A stretch of DNA of 64,000 nt from Octopus bimaculoides (lineage: Eukaryota), in the NCBI RefSeq assembly GCF_001194135.2, contig NC_068990.1:88249971-88313970 (forward strand), given 5' to 3'. Below, one piece after another: positions 42,542-55,078 of the stretch. Both the position numbers and the translations under genes were made by a program. The stretch's first letter is position 1, and the number at the start of each line of letters is the position of its first letter. The notes under the pieces are model-generated. The model was not told where the DNA came from, did no database searches, and saw only the letters and a list, made by a program, of their open reading frames with translations.

Positions 42542-45500
42542 NNNNNNNNNNNNNNNNNNNNNNNNNNNNNNNNNNNNNNNNNNNNNNNNNNNNNNNNNNN
42601 NNNNNNNNNNNNNNNNNNNNNNNNNNNNNNNNNNNNNNNNNNNNNNNNNNNNNNNNNNNNNNNNNNNNNNNNNNNNNNNNNNNNNNNNNNNNNNNNNNNN
42701 NNNNNNCATACTAAAACACACACACTCGTGCAAAAAAATTCTTTTTTTACAGAAAAAGGGTTCAACAAAATGTTCTGACACTAAATTTTTCTTAAAAAAT
42801 TGTTGCTTTATAGAAAAAAGGTTTAATAAAGTGTTGAGCATTTAAAAGTTAGAGACTAGAATTGCAAAAATAAAAAAAATTAATAGGTGGTGCATCAGCA
42901 TGGCTGCGGCTCTAAGCTGAAACTATAGGAAAGAAGGTATTTTGTTGCACTTATTGAAAAAATATTGTTTTAATAAGAAACTCTTCTCTTTCTCCTCTTT
43001 CTTTTCCTTTCTCTCCTCCATCCCATTTTTGAATCCTTTCTCTTCATCTGGGTCTTCATACTTCTTCCCAGAACTTTCTCTCTTTCATGCATCTTCTGTC
43101 TCTCTTTTCCTTTTCCTTCTCCATTCCCTCATTCACCTCCTTCCACCCTTCTTTTTCTAATAGCTCAATATCCCTCTTCCTGGACCTACCTTTGTTTCAT
43201 GTTTCTCCTTTCCTCCTCCCATCTTTTCTCTTCTCTCCTCCACTCCATTGTACATCTCCTTCCGTCCTTAATTTAAAGTTTGAACATTGTGTGAAGCTCT
43301 TTTTCAGTAAAACAGGAAATGTTTTCCCTTTAAATTTATTGTTTTTTAAGATTATATTATATCATTTCCTATTTAGATTATCATTCAAGTATCATAGCCA
43401 TCATTAGCCCAATTTCTGGTTCACCGCTATACCACATAGAGATGTTTCAGCTTGTCCAGCCATTCTGCATTTCTGATACAGTACAAGTAGAAATACATCA
43501 TCAAATATATCTTTCCTAAGAGACTGTTGGAAGTGATTTGAGGGAAATCTGGCTGCTGTTTCTAGGTCAAGTGACCATGTTGTCTCACATAATAACACCT
43601 GTACCTCCCTCTGTTCATGCTATTCAGGTTACCTGTGAGCCCAGTAAAAAGGAAGAAAAGTATTAATTCAATGCAATAATGAGAATTTGGACATGGTGTT
43701 AATTAAATTTCACCTGACGATGATCACCAGAAAGAAGAGACAAGACATAACCAGAGAGAAGTGGTTAAACTTCCCTAGTGTTGTGAGATAGATAGGAATA
43801 GGCAGACAGGAACGAAAGGGTAGTAAAGCATGTTCAGGAGATAGAGAGGCAGTGTAAGAGAGAAAAAGAGGAAGTTACAGCAGTAGGAAGAGGAAGAGTG
43901 TACAAGGGAAATACAAATGGAAAGACAAAGAAAGAGGAAAACAGAGATAGTGATAAAGAGAGAGAGAGAGGGAAGGACTCATTGATAGACTGGAGGGTTG
44001 ATAGAGAATTGACAGAAAGAGAAGGAAAATAAGTTGAAAAGAAAATAAACATAGAAAGAGGGAGAGTGGGAGAGAAAAAAAAAGCAAGCAGAAAAGATAG
44101 AGGGGAAGACAGAGAGAAAGAAAGACAAACAGACAAACAGAAAGAGAGACAGAGAGACAGATAGAAAAAGATATATAAAGAGGGGATGACTGATAGAAAC
44201 GGGAGGAGAGTAAGTAGGAGAGAGATTAGACAAACACAGAGGGAAGAAAAGGGGGAGAGGATAAGTAAGAGTAAAATAGAGAACCGAGTGAATTGTGAAT
44301 ATGCCCTTCCTCTTCATTGATGTCAATAGCTATACCACAGATCCTTATTGCTTTCTTGGCAGCTATAAACTATGAAAGTCCATGCTTACCTCATGGAGGC
44401 AACGACCGAGGTTATTGGCATTATGTTGTGTTTGAGAAGAACCATCAAGCCAAGTAAATGGCAGTTGTGGTAGATACTGGTGTCACGCAAATGGCACCTG
44501 TGCCAGTGGCATGTAAAAGCACCCATCACACTCTCAGAGCAGTTGGCATTAGGAAGGGAATCCAGTTGTAGAAACCATGCCAAATCAGACTGGAGTCGGG
44601 TACAGCCTTCCAGCTTGCAAGCCCTGGTCAAACTGTCCAACCCATGCCAGCATGGACGACAGCTAAATGATGATGATGATAAATAGCAATGAGGATAATA
44701 CTAATAATGATGTGTGAACAAATACATGTATAGTGATGCAAGAAATATCCATGGTGGAAGAAGTGGTCATTGTACCATAGTTGGTCTTACACTGCAGAAT
44801 AACAAACAGGTAAGAACAACAACATGCAGTAATCAATATCAGTAATGGTGATATCCCTTGTTGGCTGATGATATGTGCATGTCTGATTACGAGCAGCAGT
44901 AGTGGGGGAGCATTATAGCCATATGTTCAGAGGAATTCTTTGAGGTTTGAATAATTCACCTCTGGAAACATTAGTTTTTCATTCAACATCCTTAAAAAGA
45001 CCCTCATTCAGGGACATTTTGCACAGAATGGGCTACTCAGCCTGAAGAAAATTCTAACTGGGCCCCACCTACAAGTTCATGCACTGTCTATCTTGATATG
45101 AGATCACCATTCCAGGCACATATGCTTGTGATGTATTTGTCTAGTGTACCCTTATCAGACAGATAGACATGATGGGTATACTGGACTTTGTATATTTGTA
45201 CCTTAGTGTCACTTCGATGGCATGCACTGCTCACTCACTCAATAATAATAATGATAATAATAATCCTTCCTACTAAAAGCACAAGGCCTGAAATTACTGG
45301 GGAAGCGGATGGTCGATCACATCGACCCCTGTACTTGACTAGTACTGCCCAAGACCAAGCATTGAATACCAACTTAGTGGAAAAGAATATATACCACACA
45401 AATGCAACGGACCTCTACAGAATGTATGGGAAGAGGGTCGAAAGTGTGACTCACGTTGTCAGTGCTTGTGAAAGTCTTGCACAGAAAGAGTATGAGCATA

Positions 45501-48500
45501 GACACGACAAGGTAGCTCAAAACCTCCACTGGCTACTCTGCTGTAAGTATGGATATGAGATTACGAGTGCTTGGCACCAACATACACCAGAAAAGATAAT
45601 GGATAAAAAGGGGAAGGCAAAATTCCAGTGGGACTTTGACTTCCAGACAGACATAGTGTAGATCACCGAAGGCCAGATATAGTAACCTTTAGGTGGAACA
45701 AACAAGAGTGCCTAATAATTAAAGTGGCAGTGCCAGATCAACATCCTGAAAGAAAGAGAAAAGGTTGATAAATATGGAGACAGCTACAAGAGTCAAACAA
45801 AGGTTATCCTTGTTGTCATCAGAGCATTGGGTTCAGTAACACCCAATCTGAAAAAAGCATTTGAAAACTTTAGGGGTTTGTAGCATATTAGGAGGGCAAG
45901 GTACTTGATTCCATGCAAAAAAAAAAATCAAAGTTTTTTTTTTTAGTGAAAATCATGCAGGTGAAAGTATCGAAAATAACCAAGAAATCAACTGATTTGC
46001 ACATTATAAATACCATCTGTTAGCAGAACAGTAAAACCATGCAAGACTTTTCTCAGGTTTAAAATGTGACATTGTTTTTGTTATCTATATTCCAGTGATG
46101 GAGCTTTGTATCTTTGTTAGAAACCAACACCTTCTTCAGAGGAAGAATTTAAATAGTTAAAAACAGAAGAGAAACGTACGTACATACATACATACATACA
46201 TACATGCATACATTTCCAGTGCATATTTTTCAGTTAGATTCACTCATGATCTTTATTTATTGTAATACACCATTTTGAGCATGGCCGTTGCCAGTACCAC
46301 CTGACTGGCCTTCATGCGGGTGACACGTAAAAGCACCCACTACACTCTCTGAGTGGTTGGCGTTAGGGAGGGCATCCATCTGTAGAAACTCTGCCAAATC
46401 AGATTGGAGCCTGGTGTAGCCAACTGGTTTCACCAGTCCTCAGTCAAATTGTCCAACCCATGCTAACATGGAAAGCGGACGTTGAACGATGATGATGATG
46501 ATGTTATTTTCTTCTTATTCTCACCAACCTCTAAACATGCAAGCACCATTAGTGCCAATTTTTGTTTTCAATTCCAGAGTATTCACAAATTGAGTGTGGA
46601 CCGCCAAAAGAAGTTGTTGGTTCATTGAAGTCCTATAATTCTACCACCTATAAATCTGAAGTCACCTATACTTGCCCAAATGGAGAAAAGGTAAAGTCAA
46701 GTTGTGAAAAGGACAATAAGTGGACTCCAGTAGTATCTTCTTGTAAAGGTAATATAAAATGCTTGTTGTTTCTGTGTCTATTGTTTTTATCTCTTGTTGC
46801 CTCTGTCTATGTAATTTTGTTTTACACCAGCCTTTGCTGTGAAGTAAAGTTTTTAACTCCACAACCAAAAATGAAATGCAATGCCTGTCTGGTATAGAGG
46901 CCAATTTAATTGACTTATTCCTACCTCTAAGTTTTGACCTTTTTTCTTTATTACAATTTATTATTGTTGTTGTTACATTTCATTGCTTTAAATTTTATTT
47001 TTTAACTCTAGATTCTCAACTCCATTTTGTGAAAATAAAAGATGCAGCTCTGGATGTGAGTGACAAAATATTATGGAGTAAGAAAAAAGTAACAGCAGAT
47101 GCTTGTGCAAAAAAATGTCTTTCTGATAAAAATTGTTTATCATTTGAAATAACTAAAGGAAGTGGAAAATGTTACTTATCAATGCAAACTGCAGCTTCCT
47201 CCAAGAAAATAAAAACAGACAAAAGCAGAAATTACTACCAACGAGTAAAATGTAAATATTTTTTGGATTTTATTTTTGGATTTTCTTTCTCTCTTTTTCT
47301 GAAATTTGTGATTCCATTTGTACTTCATAGTATACAAACAACCATTTCTGTAAAGACATTGACAGGTTTACCTATAAGGACAGACATAAACATATTCTAG
47401 AATTAAAAAAACTGTAAATACTATCAATGTATTCTAACATGTGTTCACCTTGAATTACTTAAATGCATGATTTTAATTAATTTTTTGTATACAGGAGAGA
47501 AGCTTTTGTTTTTTGAAACCTGGACAGTAGTAATGACAGCAGCAGCTGTAGTGCTAGTAGTGGTGGTGGTTATAATAGCAGTATCAGTAATATTATCAAA
47601 CTGCACAGTGCCTCAAGACTAGTAGCTGTTGTACATAATCTGATATACAAAAATAACAGAAAAAAATAATGCCTAAATATGTGGTTGTATATCTCCTATA
47701 GTTTGGCATGGTTATTATGGTAGGATTCTTTTCTATCACCAACTATTATGCCACATGGAGAGAGTACATTTCCCCATGCTAATAGAATTAGAAAAATTGT
47801 TTGCTGTGAGTGAAGAAGCCTCTCAATGTATTATAAAATAAGCTCCTATTTAGAATTGTTCCATTTTATGAGAACAAAATAGCCAAGAAATTCACTCAGT
47901 TTTATTTCAAGGAGGTTGTTCTTTGCTGCTGAAATATTTCCTTCTTCAAACTCAGAACACCAATGGAAATTCACTAGGTTTAGTGATCCCATGAAGAATC
48001 ACGAATACTAGTGTAGTCAAATATATAGACAGTACAAGGTGTTGATGTGGCTGTGTGTGTTATTACAGGAGTTCATACAGAGATGAGAAAATAAATACAG
48101 GATCTATACATTTACTACATAATATATTTTATTCTTTTTTGATGATAATACATGAAATCAAATTGTAGAAACTAGTTGAATGAAGTAATCTATGTAAGAA
48201 ATGTAGGAAATGTAGAACAACAGCGAAGTGGTGGCTTTCAGTCATCTCAGCTATAGGGCATAGAGAAATAGACCTACATAGCAAGGATGTGAATGGCTCT
48301 ATGTCTAATCAACTAAGAAGCAAAAAGCTGGGTTAGCAAGCTGTTTTTATTAATGGAATGCTAGTCATTCTAGAAACTTCCAAGAGAAACGTCAAGCTTC
48401 TTGAATAATTAAGAATCTCGTCTCATGACATTGATGCTTCAAGAAGCTTAGAGAAAGGAGGTTACTCTATGATCTTTCTTGCAGGGGAGCTCATTCAACT

Positions 48501-49424
48501 GTCTCGCTATATACACTGCTACACTAGGATGTCAATACTGTAATGATGAATTTTCTCAGTCCAAAAGGAAGGCAAGCCATTTCTATATGTATATCTATGA
48601 GGACCTTCAACTGGGCTGAAGTTGCAGACCTCATTGCAATCTTTATACTGGTCACTCACAAGAGGTTTCATCATATTCACTGATCAGGTTTGTACAGGGA
48701 CAATTGCCTCGCAATTTCAAGTAATATGAACAGCCATGCCATGAATATATAAGGAAGAACTTAAGAAAAAAGGTATCTTTAAGAATTTTGATTTAAACTA
48801 ACATTTTAACTATATTCATTGAACATTACTTTAGTCTTGAAGCCAGGTATAAGATGAGTGATACTCCTACAGAATGTCTAACAAGGAGAAAAAACATCTT
48901 CAGAGAAATTACAACTTATTTTTCCAGACTGCATTATGAAACATAGAGGTTTATTTCACACACATACATAATACTATACTCACACATCATAACACATAGA
49001 CAATATTTAATACATACTAAGGTGTGTTAGGGTGGATGGGCGGGTATAAATTGTATTATCTGTCTTCTTTTTCCTTTTTTCAGCTGACAAGCCTCTTCAA
49101 ATTAAAAAAGTTAGCACACCAGAGAAGAAGAATATTGGAAGGCTTACAAATGTGAACTTAAAGAAGTGTAATGAAGCTTGCCTTCAATATATAGGATGTA
49201 ATTCTTATGAGTACAACAAGAAAGGAAAACTGTGTGATCTGAGCAATGTGACTCAGTTGACTGCTGAACTTAAACCAAACAATGGAAATTGGGATATATA
49301 CATGATTAACCCAGGTCAGTAGTGTGTTTCCATTTAATTTATGGAGTGACTGTCAGTGTGTACTTGCATATATGTGTATGTGTAACCCATGCTAGCATGG
49401 AAAGCGGATGTTAAACGATGATGA

Positions 49425-49493
<69 letters not shown>

Positions 49494-52400
49494 TACATAT
49501 ATATATATATATACACACACACATGTGAAGGCTTGACTGAAATGAAGTTGGTATGCTTCATTGGATGTGCCAAGGCAGTGTGCATGTATGATAGAATGTA
49601 ATTATCTTAAGAAAAAATTCAAGCATAAGAGGCATCAGATCCGGTGCAAGAGAGACAACTGTGCTGATATAGTCATGTGATACATATAGATGACGACAGC
49701 TGCATAAAGAAGTGTAGATGTCTAACTGTGGAGGGAACCTGTAAAATATGATCTTTGAATGTTAGGTCTCACAGAGGCGCTGACAAGTGATCAAGACTTC
49801 TAGTGATTTCCTGTGGAATCATAGTTGTGGCCAGTGGCCATGACACATAAAAGCAACTGTGCCATTGACATGTAAAAGCATCCATGCAGATGACATATAA
49901 AAGCACCAGTGCCTGTGACATGTAAAAGCACCTGTGCAGGTGACATTTAGAAGCACCTATGCCATTGATAAATAAAAGCACTAGTGCCTGTGACATGTAA
50001 AAGGCACCCACTACACTCTTGGAGACGTTGGTATTAGGAAGGACATCCAGCCATAAACACCAAACCAAACCAAAATCAGACTGGAACCTGGTACAGCCTT
50101 CTGGCGTACCAGTTCCAGTCAAACCATCTAGCTCATGCCAATATATAAAGCAAGTGCTAAATGATGATGATGATGATGATGATGATATTGTTAAATAGAT
50201 AAATAGGCAAATAAATTGATAGATGGATATGTGTGTGTGTGTGTGAGTGTGATTTAATAAAATATAGAAAAGAATGTACATCTTAATTCTTAAAAATTAA
50301 AATCTTTATAAGATTTTAATTTTATAAGACTTACATATACTCACATGCATGCATGCATATTTACTTGCACAAACATGTAGCCACATATATGCTAATGATA
50401 TATTCTATATATCCAATCAATATCCGTATATGTGCATGTGCATCCATGTAAGCATGTCCAAACTGCTCTCAAAGAAATTGTTTGTCATCTATTCATGCGG
50501 CATCTATATTTAATAATAAATTGTCTTTCTATGTTTATTGATTGTTGTTTTCTGGTAGAATTTGAACATTTGTAAAATGGAAATATTAGACGCAGCAGTT
50601 CCATTCTGGTATAACGGTTTTATTGGTAGTCACCAGTTTTTCTACAACAGTTATAGTAGTTGAAATAATCATTATTTTAAGGCTGCTTATTTTACCCTCA
50701 TTTACGATATTTTACACTCATTTACGAGTGTATATTTTAATTGTCTTGAGCGGAAGTCGATATTGATAAAGTTGTCCCTTAACTTGTAAAGGATATCAAT
50801 AAGTATTGTCTCTCAAGTTAAAATGTATGTCATGTTAGCGTAAGTCTTGTATGGTCACTAATGTACACCTATACATCTTATGAAAATGCATGTTGAAGAT
50901 CATGTCCTTATTACGTACTGCTATAAAAAAAACGTTACAGATTATTAAACTGAATTAAATATGTTAAACAGGTTGGGAAGAATTGAAGAAAGATGAAATA
51001 TTTTATATAGTTTATTTATATACATTTATATGTATAAAATTTATTAATGAGGGTAGAAATTGATATTAATCAATTAAAACCAGTGGTCTAGCATATTAAA
51101 AAATCCGAAGATTAAAATTATATTACATACAAAAATAAGAGGAATGACCAGCCAAAGTGCACTCCTATATGCTAGAAATAGATGCCGAATCATCTAACCA
51201 CAAAAAAAAAAAAATATATGTTCACAGTAAAAATTCAGCGACACAACAGACTGTAAAAGGGCAAGACAAATGAAAAAATACTAAATAAAAAAACGATTAA
51301 CCTACGTCGATTCGCAATGCAATTTCCAGAACTAGACACAAGACGTCCACCCGAAATGGAGCACGTGTAGAGTTCTACAAATTACATTCAGTGTATCATT
51401 TCAAAAGTCTTCAATCTGTCATGGCCACTTGCCACAACTATGATTCCACAGGAAATCACTAGAGGTCTTGATCACTTATTTTTCTTGCTAATTCTTAGGC
51501 TTAACCAATGAAACACGACAACCAAAATAGGTGTCGGACTTTTAAAGAGTATTTCTCATGGTAACAACCATAACTCTGGATTTGAGTGACGTGGATTCAT
51601 TTAGGCAACCACAGACACTAAAGTCTTCCTCAAAATCCAGGGTTTTTATAACTGCTCAACTTGACTTTTAAGAATTGAAATTGTATAAAAATATTCTTTT
51701 ACTAATTTTCAGAAATCAAATATGAGCAGTTATTTCCTTGGCAATATGACGTAATGTCGTATTGCCAAGGAAATATGATTGTCGTTTTCCCATTGGTTGA
51801 AATAACTACTCCTATTTGAATTCTGCGCAAAGGGTAGACCCAAATTGTCTACCACGATTGGTCGTTAATTTATCCGGGATGCCAAATCTGGAGATCCAAT
51901 TAGAAAACAAAGGTTTTTACTATAGTTTTTGCAGAAACATCTTTGATGGGATAAGCTTCTGGCCACCACGAGAAACAATCTATACATGTCAACAAATAAA
52001 TATTAGCTTCACATGGAGTTAAGGGTCCAAAGGTGCAGCTGAAGGCTAGCTGTTATCCACTATGTCCGTATCCATGTATATATAACAGAGAGAGAGAGAG
52101 AAAAAATGCCTAGAAGAACCTATATACGAGTGACATAAAGACAGTGTTGGCAAAGTGGCAGTATGTTTCTGAATTTGTAGAAAAATATCATCATGAGAAA
52201 GTAGTTACAGGTTGTGCAGCTGCTTTAATTAATGACTCTGCTCTGGTGCATTTTCGTAACATTTTGAAAGTCAGGAAAATGCAAACTTTTCTTGATATGT
52301 TTCTAATGAAACGACCTGCAAGTATAAAAAGTGAAGAAAGTGTGTCCACTAAGCCTAAATTAAGTGAAGTGAGAAAGAAAATGCCAGAAATTGTTCTTCC

Positions 52401-53637
52401 TAAAGTCTTAATGGAAGAAGAATCTCCTATCCAACAGTAATCTTCTTCCTCCCTGCTCCATCGTCTTCCTGGTGCACAAATCATCCCACCTTCAAGGTAA
52501 TTCAGTTAATGAAACCAGTTTACATATTTCTTTTACATTTTCTTTTTTATAATTGCCATTTTATTTGTAACTACACCTCTTTTGTTTTAAAATTCTTTAA
52601 AAATTATTCTTTAGGTGGTTTTGTGGGGCTGGAACGAATTAATTGCATTTTAGTTAATTTCAATGGAGAAAATTGATTTGTAAAAGAAAGTAAATCATAA
52701 GATAAGTTTGGTCTTAGAATGAATGAAACTTGTACTGCGAGGTATCACTGTATATATATACATTATTTGTTAATAAATCATATGTTGTACACCTGGTAGT
52801 TTACCAGTAAAGCACATTCACTAGAGTTTGCTACAGCATACATTCTATGCATGCCCCTTATTCCCTCAAATGTGCCATTTCAATTCAAGCGCTTCCATTT
52901 CCTAGTGTGATTGTGCTTTGCTATGACAATCAATAAACCCCAGGGTCAAACTTTAAACATCGTGGGTCTCAATTTACATATAGCCTGCTTTTCTCATGGA
53001 CAATTATATGATGCATGCTCTCCAGTTAGCAATGCAGATGACTTGTATATTTATTGTACTAACAATGGACTTATGCAAAACATAATTTACCCAGAAGCAT
53101 TGTCAGCTTCACTTAACATATGTCGAAGTGTGCAGTCTGCCCAAACATTACAGAGATGATACTTTTCACAATGAAACAGCTTTCTTTCCAAGTACCTTAC
53201 TTTCCAACATTGACCAATACATTGATGGGTGGATGGAGGAATGAATACTAATAATAGTAAACTTATTGTAGAAAGATATTGTATCAAACTGAATTAACTT
53301 AACAAAATAGTTGTGGTTGTAATTATTTAAAAAAATACTTTCTGCCAATATGGATACCTCTACATCCACATACGTCATCCAATTCTTATAAACTGTAAGT
53401 CTAGGTCATTTTGGGGTCAATGTTAGGATTTCCTTTTAATCTAAGCTGCCATTCTACATGTTTTTAGTGTTAACAATTTCAGCATTGTTCATCACTAAAT
53501 GACCGAAAAACATTTTTATGAAGAAGAGTTGTTTGCTTCACACTCAACGTGTGCTGATACTGCCCATAAGAAACAAACAGATACTACAGTGTGGCTGTAG
53601 GTCATAACACCCGGACAATGCTGGGATGCATTGCTAG

Positions 53638-53696
<59 letters not shown>

Positions 53697-55046
53697 ACGC
53701 ACACACACATGCATTTATGTATGTATTTATATTTGAGTACATATTTCTTCTATTCGTTTCAGTCAATATATTCTATTTCAAATTTGTCATTATCTTCTCA
53801 TTTTCACCCTCCTCCTAACATATATTTGCTATTAATATCAATTTCTCTTATCACTTCCAGTCTTCACAATAATTGACTGTGGAACTCCAAAAGACATTGC
53901 TACTGCATCAAAGTCTTACAATTCCACCACCTATAAATCTGAAGTGATCTATACATGTCCAGGAGGAAAAAAATTAAAATCAGAATGTAAGGAGGACAGT
54001 GAATGGGCTCCATTGTCATCTGGTTGTAAAGGTAATGTAAAGAGGTTCTCTCTTCTTGCCTTTGCCTATATGAATTATCTAGGTCATATGAATTGCCTAT
54101 ATGAATTATCTAGGATGAAAGTAAAAATAGTTTGTTTTCCTTGGGAAAAGATTCCAAAATCAGTAGTAAAGTGATGTTTCTTGTCATGATTAGACTACCC
54201 ATATTTAATTACATTCTTTTACATTCTGGATTCAAATCTTACCAGTAGATATATCACCTTTCATGCTTCTGAAGTTGATAAAAAAGCATTAGTTAAATAA
54301 TGAGTTTCATTCATTTTCATGTATCCTTACGCTGCAAAAATTTGTGACTTTGTTACCAGCAACAATAATTATAATAATTCTTGTTGAAGGCAAAGGATTG
54401 AGAAAATTATTCAAGCATCAAGCAAAATGTTTTGTGATATTTGTTCTGGCTTTTGAACTTCTGGGTTCAAATCTGGCTTTTGACCACTTAATCTTTCCAA
54501 GACCAATATGTAAAAATGCTGCCAATCAAGGGTAGAGGTGTATTTTAATCGGCCAATTCTTGCTATAATGTTTTGGCTTTCTATCTATGTTAGAAAATAT
54601 TAGTTATTATTTTTCATTGATCTAAATTTTACTTTAATTTCAGTCACTGAGATCCTTTTTTTGAAAGTAAAAGATGCAATTCTGGATGTATCTGGGAAAA
54701 TATTGTGGCCTAAGAAAAATGTAACAGCAGCAGCCTGTAAAAAAAAATGTCTGTCTGACAAAGATTGTTTATCATTTGAAATAAATAAAAGAAGTGGACA
54801 ATGTTACTTATCAAGGGAAAGTGCAGCTTCTTCCAAGAAATTGAAGTCAGCCAAAGGCACAGATTACTACCAACGAGTGAAACGTAATTATTATTTGGAT
54901 TTTATTATTGGTCTGCTTTTTTCGGGGGGGGGGGGGTTTCTGAAGTTTGTGTATCAGTTTACACTTCATATTATATACAAAACCATTTCTGTTAAAACAT
55001 TGACAGGTTTACCTATGAGAAGAGACATAAACATGTTCTTGACAAA

Positions 55047-55078
<32 letters not shown>

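Noticed and set aside
46876-47400. 174-aa ORF running through exon A9
   Set aside because: The extra sequence is intron on both sides. The 263-nt C8-A9 intron would shift the frame if retained.
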